A stretch of 63,574 nucleotides of DNA, the filler included. It is 21 parts of 21 records of this genome, joined end to end, with 100 filler letters (N's around TTAATTAATTAA, not from the genome) between each part and the next. Parts side by side here need not be neighbours in the genome. Positions count along the whole stretch, not along the records: positions 43,158 to 46,737 come from SRR36015645_31378; positions 46,838 to 49,109 come from SRR36015645_31591; positions 49,210 to 53,113 come from SRR36015645_32295; positions 53,214 to 55,363 come from SRR36015645_32611; 17 more parts are not named here. One strand, given 5' to 3'. The stretch's first letter is position 1, and every line of letters begins with the position of its first letter. Below, piece by piece: positions 43,158-55,463 of this stretch. Made by a program: the position numbers and the translations under genes. The notes beneath the pieces are model-generated. The model ran no database searches, was not told the origin of the DNA, and worked only from the letters and a program-made list of their open reading frames with translations.

Positions 43158-46100
43158 GTTCAGGTGCTGCTGGACCTTGTGTCATGATTGTTGGACGAAG
43201 AATGCCACTCTCGTCATCCTTTTCATAGCCAAAATCCGTTGGCTTTGGGAGTTCAGGACTTGGTATATTGGCGTGGCGCCATATGAACAGCTGGTATGTG
43301 GCACGTAAAATATGTAGCTTGAATGCATCCTCTGTTGGAGGAAGCCTCTTGGGTGACACGCATCTTGTTGAGGACATGCTAGCTCTCATCTCATTAAATG
43401 ATTCACTATCTGCAGAACCGTACATGGTTGCCACAAAGCGACGGGCGGCATTGTATACATTTTCTGGAAGTGATGGAGTGGTGCCCAGATTTTGAAATTC
43501 ACTGAACTCCGCAGCCTTAGTGATCATTATTTTGAAAGCCTTCTTTTTGCCAAGGCCAAAGAATGCACTAACTGTGTCACAGCCAGTGACACAATAACAT
43601 GATAGCAGAATCTTTCTTTGATCGATGGTAAGTGTATTGTAAATTTCATGCACTGGAACAAGCCTTGTTTTGTTCTCATGTATGGTCTGATGTCCTGTCA
43701 AAAAGTATACTTCTCGGGCATCAATAAGTGGTCTGTGATGGACTAAGAGCACAAGCACATCAGTATCAGGGCTGAAAATAACAATCCGTTGGGCCCCAGT
43801 GGAAGCAGCATATATCGCATGCAGCATAAGGCGTGTATCAGCTTCCTCTTGATCAGAATTCAGTTGTGTGATGTCTGGGACACTTTTGTCTTTTGCTACC
43901 AATGTAGTAGCATCCTCTGAACTACCACCAATGAAGAGTAGTTGATTGGGCATAAGTAGTTCAGGAGCTTTGCTTATCATGTGTTGATTTATGCACTCTG
44001 TAAGGTGGGTCTTGTTTTCTTCCACTGATAGAAATTGTTTCCAGTTTGCTGGAACACGTTGTTCTGCCTTAACTTGGTAGGTTGTTCCTTTGTGTCTTTC
44101 ACTTCGTTTGTTTCTTGTTTCAGATTTTATGCTCTCCTTCATGTACTTGTCAAACACATTATGTATTTGTCCAGATACACAACCAACACCTTGAACAAGG
44201 CTCATCACGCGTCCGAGATACTGAGAACATACGTTTGCGAAAGTTACAATTCCCAGTGCTGATTTTGGCTCTGGCATGGACTGAAGGAGCGCATTTCCAT
44301 CAATAATGAGAGCATCACTTGAAGAAACTGAGGGGTTGTGATTTTATCTTCCACTAGCTCCTCTAGTTTGTGCATAAAGTCAGATTTTTTGCAAGTGTGC
44401 ATCAGTCCTTCTTCAGTGAACAGACTTTGGGCAACCGGTGCATTTTCAAAGGACATCACTCTGGACAAAGGCACACTTTTCTGAGAATTCTTAGCCAGTA
44501 ACCTCATGTACATCTGTTCACCACTTAGGTTGACTGTTTTTCCTTGAACTTTCACCTTTCTTTGCATTGCAGCCATAGTTAAAACTTTAGCTCTGGGCAA
44601 AGGAGCATAGAAACTCTTCCTCTGCTCTGGGTCTTCAGTGCATAGTCGTTCATCCACAAATTTGTCAGCCATCTTACTTCCTTTGTCTAAGGCACCAAGC
44701 AGACTTTTTTCAACTTCAGGTGTGGCAATAACTCCAGAGGCAAAGTTGACCAATCTTTCTGGAGGATCAGACAGATCAAATGGATCTGTGTAGGAACCAT
44801 CAAACATAGCATCAAGCTTTTGGACATTCTCATTCCAGTGTCGCAATGACGCATAATTCATTGAATGATGACCATGATTTCTGGTTTCTGCCTGTGCCCG
44901 AGTTCGACAAACATTCTCCTTGAACATTGTTGCATACTGAGCTGTCACTGGACGGGCTAAAAACCAGCGCACAAGTGCCTTTCCGCGGAGTGTGAGCCCA
45001 ATTATGCCACCTTCTCCCTTAAGATCCTTGTTTTCTGTTGTTTCCAGAGCATAGTCAAGCCATACAGAATTAAACTGGCCATCGGTTAGCTTTGCAACAA
45101 AATTTCCATTTTCAAATTCTTCTTGAATTGCTGCTGGTAGGTCTTTCATGCTCAAGAGCATTGCAGGTAGATATCTTGCATAGTTGGTTCTGTCTGCAGC
45201 AAAGAGTAGAGGCAAGAACTCTGACTTTGCTGACTGGTAAACTTCCCAATTTGCTGCACGGGTGGAGCACATGAAGAGTTTCAGGGGACGCATCACCCTG
45301 TTCAAGAAGTCATCCCATAACCGAAATGTTGGGAAATCTTGACCTGCTCTTCTAAAGTCTGCTATCAATGGCGGAATATGGTTCTCGATGATGCAGTTGA
45401 GTTCTTCAATAATGGTTACAGCCAATTTATCCTGTTTTGCTTCAAAGGCATTCTCTAAATCCTGAAGTAAGGGTGATAGGGTGTCAGGCATGGATCTGTC
45501 TGTCCGCTGACACCATTCAAATAGGCCCTTGTAAAATCTGGCACTAAGTGCTTCATCTACAAGCCTTAGACCACGTAAAGCACGTTCAAAGTCCTTTCCT
45601 GCAAGCATCTGGCGAACTGTGCCAGCTGCAAATACACCCGACTCTTGGAGTAGCTGTGCCAGACCTGCCTCGCCGTACAGATGGCCTATTGATGAAAATA
45701 CCGACATCAAGAGGTGCATGCCTCCTTCACATAGTATTATGGACGAAAGTTCATTGGAATGAGACCATTTTACTTCCAGTGCTTTAGACAGAATACCTAA
45801 GTCAAATGTGACAGGTATGTACTTTTGACCAAGCTTGTCAGCCAGTTCAGCCATCCTCAGCAATAATGTGTAGATTGTCGACTTATCTGTTGGCGTTGCC
45901 ATCAAAAGAGGGTTGTATGCAACCAGCGTTGTTGGCTTCCCTTTAGTTTCAGGCATGTGGAAAGAATGATATGCACTCCAAGCAGGTATTGCTGTGCTTC
46001 CTGGCCCTGCATTTGTGTGCAATGATCGATAGCGAGCAAGATTGTACACGACTTCATTGTTTTGAAAGGCTCTGATTTCAAGACTGTTTGTTGCTGGCTC

Positions 46101-46737
46101 AATGCTCTCCTTTGTTGGCAAAGTTTGGAATACAGGTTCAGGCCTTTTTACTGGATTTTGATAATGAATGACCTTTGTAAGGCTTGTCGACTCTACAATC
46201 TGATCGGATAGGGATCTACTTGGGGACCTTTGTATTCTTCCAAACATATGCTGCTGTCCTCCGGGCTGCAGAACTATGCTAGACATTGCATGAGTTGTCC
46301 GTTTGCCATCTAGTGTACATTCATTGTGGTCCCAGTTATCGCCAACTCCTATTACTGGATTTCCTCCTGCAAAGGTAGGTTTTACTTCTGGTGGTATGTA
46401 GGTACCAGATTCAGTGTGGCCCTGTGTGTTGGTTACATGAATAGCAGCTGATGTCAGAAAATGTCTCAGTTCATCGTATGATATGCAGTATCCTAGGGAA
46501 TGCATTGTCTCTATTATGCGTCTGCTGCCAAACTGATGGTGCAGGAGAACCGCAAGCCCAATATGCTTTGGTGGTCGCTATTTTGTGGCAGCATTGATTA
46601 TATCACATGCAATGTGAAGAAAATTAAGCGTTCAATGGTATGTCCACAAGCTCCGCTGCTTCTCTGTACAGGTTTTCATCTGTTAACCATACCAATGCCT
46701 TGTACAAGAGCGGACTGACAAATTCTTTTTCAGCCTC
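43158..46737 (-). pseudogene. Decayed Academ transposase/XPG gene (third, divergent family)
   Basis: GDNWDH, FDLGI, GGMH, DRTNYARY, DYALETTEN, then a frameshift near 44330, then VFDKY, QEEADTRL, PDTDV, VTGCDTVS, LPPT. A further stop and frameshift lie upstream of 46505 (..AATK*RPPKHIGLAV). Confidence 0.85.
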
Positions 46738-46837
46738 NNNNNNNNNNNNNNNNNNNNNNNNNNNNNNNNNNNNNNNNNNNNTTAATTAATTAANNNNNNN
46801 NNNNNNNNNNNNNNNNNNNNNNNNNNNNNNNNNNNNN

Positions 46838-47488
46838 TCCGATAGTCACGTGGTCAAGGATTGTAGGGTGGACAAAGTTTGCTTCACCTGCAAGGCCACT
46901 GGTCACGTCGCACGTGATTGTATTGGGAGAGAGCGCAATGTGTTCAACGCCAATGAGTTTCCCGCACTTTCTAAGAAGCCGTCCAATCAGGTTAAAGATG
47001 TAGGCCTAGTGACGGGCGAAGGACCGGTGGTTAAGTCGAATCAGAATGACGCACAGCCGCACACGAGCAGCAACATAACCAACTTGGAAACGCCCGCTGG
47101 AGCTGCTGATGTATCCACGCCGAACACCGACAGACCTACATGTACGGGTGCTAACGAACGTGACGACGTGAACCCTGGTTCCCTACATGTAGAAAATGAT
47201 GGTTTTACTGTAGTTACCTCCAAGAAGTCGAAGAAAAGGAAGGGTAACCATGGTGCTAGTGACCAGTCTACTCTATCACCAGGTGCCGACGAAAAAGCGA
47301 AACCATCCAAAAAGAAAAAGCGAAAGGCCAACCAATCCGTTCCAATGGTTGAACCCAACACCCAGACCCCTATTGAGCAATTGACAGACAGTGATAATGA
47401 TTTGGAGACAACAGATGACGAAGCCTCAGAGGGAAGCGAAACAGAGGAAGAAAATGTGAATCAGATGAGAGAAAACACGAGGTTATGA
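46838..47488 (+). CDS. Tx1/L1 ORF1p C-terminal part with CCHC knuckle
   Basis: SHVVKDC and CFTCKATGHVARDC, a GFTVVTSKKSKKRK basic motif and an acidic tail. Confidence 0.85.
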   Translation, partial: SDSHVVKDCRVDKVCFTCKATGHVARDCIGRERNVFNANEFPALSKKPSNQVKDVGLVTGEGPVVKSNQNDAQPHTSSNITNLETPAGAADVSTPNTDRPTCTGANERDDVNPGSLHVENDGFTVVTSKKSKKRKGNHGASDQSTLSPGADEKAKPSKKKKRKANQSVPMVEPNTQTPIEQLTDSDNDLETTDDEASEGSETEEENVNQMRENTRL

Positions 47489-47552
47489 TAATTTGTGTCT
47501 TAAAATAGTAGTTTTAACTATATATATATATAGTAACTTTTAATGATCAATC

Positions 47553-49109
47553 ATGAACTGTGGTCCTATTTTACTTGCTACAATTTTTTACTGTGCAATT
47601 TTTTTAATGCATACATGCTTTGTATTTTATCCACCTGTTTCTTACATGGCTCAAACCATTAAAATTGCAACTTTAAATGTACGTGGTCTGAAAGGCAAAA
47701 TGGATAGAATCGTTAGCCTTATACAGTCTAAAAAGATAGACATCTTGTTGATGCAAGAAACACATGAACTTGACAACAGGCTCATTGATTATTGGAACCG
47801 GCATAGTAATGGTAACACCTTTTTCAGTTTCCAGGGTAACAAAGGTGGTGTTGGTATATATTTTTGTAACAAGATGAGCATCACTAGCTTTCAATCTTCT
47901 ACAATTTTTACTGGTAGATGCTTGGAGGTAAAATTTGAATTAACTGGTAAACTTTACACTGTATATAATATATATGGACCATGTGATTCTGCCAAGAGTA
48001 GGAAAAAGTTTTATAAAGAAATTTGTGAAAAACTTACCTGTAAAAATGATGGATTTGCAATTTTTGGTGGAGATTTCAATATGATTGAGGCCGCTGAAGA
48101 TAGAAAATCATGCAATGTAAAAGGTGTAGATCCATCTTTGTCTGGTTCAGCAGACTTTATGAGTTTTAAAAAAACACATGACTTGTATGACACATGGTTG
48201 AAGTTTACGAACACATCATCCAAAAATGCATATACATGGCGAAATCTGAGAGGAGCTGCCTCCAGATTAGACAGAATATATGTATGTGGTAATTTATTAA
48301 GATATGCATGTACCGTAAAAAAACTGCCCGTATGCCGTACACTGTCAGATCATGACTTAGTGCTGTTTTCGTTTCGCAACCCGTCTGAAGTAATACACGG
48401 CAAAGGTCATTGGAAATGCAATACGGAAATACTTGCGCACAAACAACTGCAAGATCAGATAGCCTATATGACAGAACAGTGGCGGAGCCAAAAGTGTCTC
48501 TTTAATGACCCTTTGGATTGGTGGGAAAAGTATAAGCAAAAAGCGAAACGCACAATTATTGCTTACAGCGTGGAAAAGTCAAAAGAACGAATGAAGCTGG
48601 AAAATGATCTTGAAGCCAAGCTAAAAATAGAAATGGAAAAGAACGACAACGAGCAACAGCCGTCTGCTGACATTTCTAAGTTAACGGAGTTACAAGATCG
48701 GCTGGACAATCTACAGAAGTACAAAATAGAAGGAAAAAAAATCCGTTCCCGTATAAAGTATGTTGAAGAAAACGAAAAAAACTCGCGCTTTTTCTTTCAA
48801 AAAGAAAAACAGCATGGAAAGAAAAAGGAAATGACATCACTGTTTGACAACACCGGCCAAGTAACGCATGACCACGAAAAAATGAAACAAACAGTCTTTG
48901 ATTACTATAAATCTCTATACAGTAGGGAGCGAGTCAATGAGGCCATACAAAATGAATACTTGGAAAAAATAACTACACGCCTAAGTGATGAGGAACGGAA
49001 TAAGTGCGAAGGATTAATGTCGGTTGACGAGTGTTTTAATGAACTCAGAAAGATGTCCAACCAGAAATCTCCAGGTATTGACGGACTTCCCAAGGAGTTC
49101 TACGTACTT
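47553..49109 (+). CDS. Tx1/L1 ORF2 APE endonuclease (alternative start ATG 47646), 3'-truncated
   Basis: ATLNVRGL, MQETH, NIYGP, GGDFN, SRLDRIY, SDH, GKGHWKCN, ENEKNSRFFF, KSPGIDGLPKEFY. Confidence 0.93.
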
Positions 49110-49209
49110 NNNNNNNNNNNNNNNNNNNNNNNNNNNNNNNNNNNNNNNNNNNNTTAATTAATTAANNNNNNNNNNNNNNNNNNNNNNNNNNNNNNNNNNN
49201 NNNNNNNNN

Positions 49210-52200
49210 GAAAAAACGTTGAAAAATCTGCTGGCTACTACAATGACACGAGAGGTTATGGCACAAATCCAAGGGATAGAAGTGGCAATGTGTTAAGATG
49301 TTACCACTGTGAATCTACGAAACATTTGGCAAACAGCTGTCCGCATGGTCCTGGGAAATCGATTAGTTCAAAAGATAATTCTAAAGAAGAAGTGCACATT
49401 ACGTTGTTCAACATTTCGAATGGACCCAGTGACATGTCTAAAGAAGAAGTGCACGTTACACTGTTCAACAGTAAACAAGATCTGGGGATGTCAACTCTCA
49501 TACATGAAACACTTGGTATGGCAGTGCTTGATAGTGCATGCACCAAAACAGTAGCGGGACGGATATGGTTAGAATCATTCTTGGAGACATTGAAAGAAGA
49601 GGATCGACAGTCAGTGGAAACCTTACCGTCTAAAACGAAGTTTGTCTTTGGAGATGGTGTTGAAGTAACATCTAAAAATGCTGTGAAGTTTCCTGTGTGT
49701 ATTGGTAAAACGAAAGCCTTAGTAGAAGCTAACGTTGTCGAGAATGACATACCCTTGCTGCTTAGTCGTGCATCAATGAAAAGAGCACAGATGATTCTAG
49801 ACTTTAACCATGATACTGTGAACGCATTTGGTGAACAAATAAAGCTGGGATGCACTTCATCGGGACATTATTGTATGCCACTGACGAATTTGTTATTAGA
49901 CGATGGGAACACAAAGAACATTGTTTTACACAGTACTGCAAATGTCCGTGATATGTCAGCCGCTGAAATGAAGGTGAAAGCATTAAAACTGCATAAACAA
50001 TTTTCACATGCCTCAAAGGAGAAGCTATGCAAACTAGTTAAAGACAGCAAAGACTTCAATGATGATGTTTTCCTGGAAGCTATAAGAGAGTGTTGCGATT
50101 CCTGTGAAATCTGTCAAAAGTTCAAACGACAGCCTTTACGTCCGGTTGTTGGTTTACCGTTGGCTGACAATTTCAATCAAGTGGTGTGTATGGACCTCAA
50201 AGAGCATATTCATAATGAGTCCTGGATATTTCACTTAATTGACACAGCGACTAGGTATTCTGCAGCATGTCTAATCAACACAAAACGCCAGGATGAGATA
50301 ATTAGTAAGATTTATCTAAAGTGGATCACTTACTTTGGCTGTCCAAGGAAATTTCTCACAGACAATGGAGGAGAATTTTCGAATGAGAGCTTTCGAGAAA
50401 TGAATGAGAAGTTAAATGTGGAAACAGCCACTACAGCAGCGGAGTCACCATTCAGTAATGGCATGGTTGAAAGACACAATTTGGTGATTTATGAAGCAAT
50501 GCAGAAGACAATGCAAGATGAAAAATGTGCTCCAGAAGTGGCACTAGCATGGGCAGTTAGTGCAAAAAACTCACTGCACAACCATGGAGGCTTCAGTCCA
50601 AACCAATTAGTATTTGGACACAATGTGAATATGCCATCGGTGTTGATTGACGAACTTCCTGCCCTAGAGTCTGTAACGTCCAATGATGTAATAAGAAACA
50701 ACATGAATGCGTTACACAAGGCGCGAGAAAACTTCATTCAAGCAGAAGCTAGTGAGAAGTTAAGGAGGGCACTGCGGCACAACGTCAGAAGCTATGCAGA
50801 TGAGAGATATGTCACTGGTGATAAGGTCTACTACAAGAGGAAGAACTTCAAAGGATGGAAAGGTCCGGGAGTTGTGCTTGGCCAAGATGGACAGTTTGTC
50901 TTGATTCGCCATGGTGGCGCATATTTCAGAATGCATCCTTGTCAATTGATGAAGATAAAAGGCTCTAATTCTGAAGAAGATAAAGATAAGAAGAACACAA
51001 CAGCTAAGGAAGAATCAAATCCTGCTAAGGATAAAGCTAAGATGAACAAACCAGACAAGAAAGGAAGGACTGCATTTCATCTTCCTGATCTAGATGAAGA
51101 TAGAAATCATGATGTGGAACAAAATGGCGCAGACACAGAAGAGAATGTGGAACAAAATGCGGCAGAGGCAATGCCACCACTGGATGATGAGTTAGAAGAA
51201 AATGCCGCAATTGACCAGAGGGAAGAGTTCATGAATAGTTCTACAAAGCCAAAACGTAATTCCTCTATCAGATTTAAATTGATGGAAAGCAATGAATGGA
51301 AGGAAGCAAAAGTAATTAGTTATCAGCCAAAGCAAACAGGAAAGTATCAAAATTGGATAAATATTCATGTCACAGGTCAAGAAGATCCTATATGTGTGAA
51401 CTGGGATCAAGTATATGTCTGGGACGCTTTGCCAGAAATTGAAAATGTCATTCTAATGACTGCAGAACAAGAGATGTCTCAGAAGGTAGTAGATGCCAAA
51501 GAAAGAGAAGTGAATCATCTCATAGAAAACAATGTTTTTGAAGTCGTCCCATCAAAGGAGCATCAGCCAATAGTGTCATCAAGGTGGGTGATAACAGAAA
51601 AGGTTAGCGCAGATGGTCAAAAGAAGATGAAAGCCCGACTAGTAGCCCGTGGTTTTGAAGAAGACTCCAGTGAATTAACTACCGACTCTCCTACTTGCGG
51701 TAGGGAGAGCCTGCGCATGGTTTTTACAGTTGCTGCAATGATGGAGTGGGATCTGCATTCCATTGACATTACGTCCGCATTTTTACAAGGCGAAGCAATA
51801 GATCGAGAACTATATCTGAAACCACCGAAGGACATATGCTCGTCCAATAATGTATGGCGGCTAAAGCGGTGTATCTATGGACTGAATGATGCTCCACGCT
51901 GCTGGTATGAACGGGTTAAGAAGGTTTTAGTAGATATTGGTGCTACTATAAGTACATACGACAATGCAATGTTTGAATGGCATGATGTCAGTGGCTCTCT
52001 CTTCGGGATACTAGTGAGCCATGTTGATGACTTTGTCTTTTGCGGTAATGCAAAGTTTCACAGAGATGTCATTAGCAAGTTGGAAGCAACCTTCAAAGTC
52101 AGTATGCATGTCAAAGGCACCTTCAAGTATCTTGGTCTCAACATTGTGCAAGATCGTAACGGCATAACAGTGAATCAAGAAAAGTACATTCCAAGTGTTA

Positions 52201-52952
52201 AGGAGATCCATGTGAACAAGAGTCGTTCTGCTAGAAGAACAGATGCACTTAACGATGAAGAAAAGGTGGAGCTTAAACGACTCTCCGGTCAAATGATGTG
52301 GGTAGCATCGCAAACTCGGCCAGACTTGAGCTTCGAGACATGTATAATGAGTAATGCAGGCAAGAAGGGTTCCGTAAAAGACTTGCACGAAGCAAATAAG
52401 GCTGTTTCTAAGATGAAGATGGAGAAAGTGGAAATAAAATTTCCAAATCTTGGATGTCCAAAGAAATTGAGCATTGAGACATATTCAGATGCAACGTATG
52501 CCAGTCTTAATGATGGGTCATCACAGGGTGCATTTATAGTATTTCTTAGAGGAGATAATGGACTCTTAGCGCCAATAAGCTGGCAATCGAAAAAACTCAA
52601 TAGAGTAACAAAAAGTCCATTGGCATCAGAAACCCTAGCTTTAAGTGAATCAGCAGACGCTGGATTTCTCGTGTCGGCCTTGACTCAGGAGATTTTTGGG
52701 CTACCTCATCTACCGCGTGTAGAATGTAATACTGACAATAAATCACTCGCAGAGACATTGCGAACATCTACGATTATTACTGATCGACGCTTGAGGGTGG
52801 ATGTAGCTCGTATCAGAGAGATGGTAAGAGAAAATGAAATAACAGTGACATGGATACCAGGAGAACAGCAATTGGCGGACTCTCTTACCAAACGCGGTGC
52901 TTCGACTAGACGTCTCTTAGAAGTGCTGCGAAATTCTACAACTGAAGCATAA
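49210..52952 (+). CDS. Ty1/copia (GalEa-like) gag-pol, 5'-truncated
   Basis: Domain order is knuckle CYHCESTKHLANSC, protease LDSACT, integrase (LHKQFSH..CEIC, CMDL, TDNGGEF, NGMVER), RT (KARLVARGFEE, YGLNDA, HVDD) and RNase H (YSDA, SET, TDN, QLADSLTK). Integrase before RT indicates copia. Confidence 0.95.
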
Positions 52953-53058
52953 ATGACTTCAGGCTTCTGTATATATGTAAATAGAGTATATAGTCTGTAA
53001 ATACATTCGTTAACTATTAATCGCAAGAAGAGAATAAAGAAGACTGACTATCAATCAC

Positions 53059-53113
53059 AAGAAGAGAAGAAAGAAGGCAGCAATGTTGATGTCTTCCTTC
53101 TACTTGTAGGAAC
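53059..53113 (+). other. Polypurine tract and probable start of the 3' LTR (TGTT at 53084)
   Basis: AAGAAGAGAAGAAAGAAGGCAGCAA followed by TGTTGATG, about 130 nt after the pol stop. Confidence 0.65.
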
Positions 53114-53213
53114 NNNNNNNNNNNNNNNNNNNNNNNNNNNNNNNNNNNNNNNNNNNNTTAATTAATTAANNNNNNNNNNNNNNNNNNNNNNNNNNNNNNN
53201 NNNNNNNNNNNNN

Positions 53214-55301
53214 GAAGTGCAGATAGCAGAGTTGCATCATTTCTGCGATGCCAGTGAGGTAGGCTACGGTACCTGCAGTTACGCTCGACTTATCAACGTA
53301 TTAGGGGAGATACATTGTTGCTTAATCACTGGACGAAGTCGAGTGGCACCTCTGAAAGTTCAAACTATTCCGAGACAGGAACTTCAAGCCGCGGTGTTAG
53401 CAGTTAGGGTGAATAAAGCGGTTGTTGACGCACTATGCCAGGAAATAACATGGCACAGAATCATCTACTGGACGGATTCCACAACTGTATTGAAGTTCAT
53501 TTCCAATGAAACTCGTCGTTTCCAAACATTCGTTGCAAACAGATTGGCAGAAATTCACCAAGGCTCTGATGTCTGTCAGTGGCGCTATGTTGACAGTGCT
53601 CAAAATGTGGCGGATGACGTTTCACGTGGATTACGAGGATCAAATTTGTCTTCCGACCACAGATGGTTCAGAGGCCCGTCGTTCTTGTGGGAAGATGAAG
53701 TAGGCTGGCCCGTTATGCCAGAACTGTCTCCTTTACCACAAGATGATGTGGAATATAAGTCACTAAAGTCAGCCAAAGTTCATGCTGTGATGGACAATCA
53801 GGATCCAACTGATGCACTACTACACTATTTCTCCTCATGGAGTAAAGTGTGCACAGCAGTAGCGTGGCTCATGAAATTCATCCAGTTTCTTCAACTGAAG
53901 AGAGGGAGTCAGATTCCAGACAGGTTCTGTAAACTAACACTTGAGAATCTTCGACAAGCCGAACAAAGAATTTTGCTTCTTGTGCAGAAAGATAAGTTTG
54001 CTGCCGAGCTTCCGCTGATTCAGGACGACGATGTTAAGAAGCATAAGATGAAAGGTAATGTACAGCTTAAAGGACTTCGTCCATTCTTAGATGATGATTG
54101 TATCATGCGTGTGGGTGGAAGACTTGCCCGAGCCGAGCTCGATTACAGTCACAAACATCCAATAATCTTACCTGCAGATCATCATATCACCAGATTAATC
54201 ATCAGGAATGCTCATGAAACCTTTGGTCACTGCGGCAGCAATTACGTTTTGTGCCAGTTGAGACTAAAGTACTATATCGTGAAAGGCAAATCAGCAGTTC
54301 GTGGTGTTCTCAGCAAATGCATTCCGTGTAGAAGATACAAAGCCAAGGTAGGAGAGCAACTCATGGCAGATCTTCCAGTTGATAGGATAACACCATATGA
54401 ACCGCCCTTCAGCCGGGTTGGGATAGATTTCTTTGGTCCGTTTTATGTGCGGCAAGGACGTGCGACAGTGAAACGTTATGGATGTATAGCAACATGTCTG
54501 GCGATTCGTGCAGTTCATGTTGAGATCACGTCGAGTCTCGAACTAGACTCTTTTATCAATGCATTTCGTAGATTGGTGTGTCGACGTGGACCTATCCTAG
54601 AAGCTAGGAGTGATCGTGGGACCAACTTAGTTGGAGGGGACAAAGCAATGAAAGTTGCACTACAACAGTGGAACGAAGAGCGTCTGGACCACAGTATGAA
54701 GCAAGCTGGTGTTAAGTGGACTTTTAACACACCTACAGCCAGCCATCACGGAGGAGTATGGGAAAGATGTATTCGCAGCTTTCGTAACATTCTCTGTCAT
54801 TTGTTGAATGAGCAGACAATCACAGATGAAGTTCTTCAAACAGTGTTCGCGGAAGCAGAATACATCATGAATAGCAGACCCCTCACCGAGTACTCCAGTG
54901 ATGCCAGGGATTATCGACCACTTACACCAAATGACATCTTGCTCCATCGTCCGTGCCCTAGTCTGCCACCAGGTGTCTTCCAACAAGATGACTTGATAGT
55001 GAAGAAAAGATGGAGACAGGCCCAGTATCTTGTGAACGTCTTTTGGCGTAGATGGATTCGAGAATATCTCCCGACTCTCCTGAAGAGACACAAATGGACA
55101 GCTGTCAAGAGAGATTTTCTCATTGGAGATTTGGTCCTGCTCGCAGATCCTAATTGCTCACGTGGTGAATGGAAGATGGGACGTATCACGAAGGTATTCC
55201 CTGGTGTGGATGGATTAGTTAGATCGGTCCAGCTAAAAACGGCAACTAGCGAGTTTATCAGGCCGATCACGAAGATTTGTTTGCTCGAGGAAGGTGTTTA
55301 A
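53214..55301 (+). CDS. BEL/Pao pol C-terminal half (RNase H, integrase, DUF5641-like tail)
   Basis: LHHFCDASEVGYG, SRVAPLK..TIPRQEL, WTDS, FVANR, NVADDVSRG, HPIILP, GIDFFGP, SDRGTNL, GGVWER, NSRPL, FWRRWIREYL. Confidence 0.95.
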   Translation, partial: EVQIAELHHFCDASEVGYGTCSYARLINVLGEIHCCLITGRSRVAPLKVQTIPRQELQAAVLAVRVNKAVVDALCQEITWHRIIYWTDSTTVLKFISNETRRFQTFVANRLAEIHQGSDVCQWRYVDSAQNVADDVSRGLRGSNLSSDHRWFRGPSFLWEDEVGWPVMPELSPLPQDDVEYKSLKSAKVHAVMDNQDPTDALLHYFSSWSKVCTAVAWLMKFIQFLQLKRGSQIPDRFCKLTLENLRQAEQRILLLVQKDKFAAELPLIQDDDVKKHKMKGNVQLKGLRPFLDDDCIMRVGGRLARAELDYSHKHPIILPADHHITRLIIRNAHETFGHCGSNYVLCQLRLKYYIVKGKSAVRGVLSKCIPCRRYKAKVGEQLMADLPVDRITPYEPPFSRVGIDFFGPFYVRQGRATVKRYGCIATCLAIRAVHVEITSSLELDSFINAFRRLVCRRGPILEARSDRGTNLVGGDKAMKVALQQWNEERLDHSMKQAGVKWTFNTPTASHHGGVWERCIRSFRNILCHLLNEQTITDEVLQTVFAEAEYIMNSRPLTEYSSDARDYRPLTPNDILLHRPCPSLPPGVFQQDDLIVKKRWRQAQYLVNVFWRRWIREYLPTLLKRHKWTAVKRDFLIGDLVLLADPNCSRGEWKMGRITKVFPGVDGLVRSVQLKTATSEFIRPITKICLLEEGV

Positions 55302-55334
55302 AGGCCTAGGTAATGTCTGTAGATATCAGACAAT

Positions 55335-55363
55335 AGGAGCCGGGTATGTTATGGCTCAATATT
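55335..55363 (+). other. BEL/Pao PPT and probable 3' LTR start (TGTT at 55347)
   Basis: AGGAGCCGGGTA followed by TGTTATGG, 46 nt after the pol stop. Confidence 0.6.
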
Positions 55364-55463
55364 NNNNNNNNNNNNNNNNNNNNNNNNNNNNNNNNNNNNN
55401 NNNNNNNTTAATTAATTAANNNNNNNNNNNNNNNNNNNNNNNNNNNNNNNNNNNNNNNNNNNN

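Noticed and set aside
44244-44340. Programmed frameshift between Academ 3 transposase and nuclease ORFs
   Set aside because: The two intact homologues are single ORFs, and this copy has additional lesions near 46580-46630, indicating decay.
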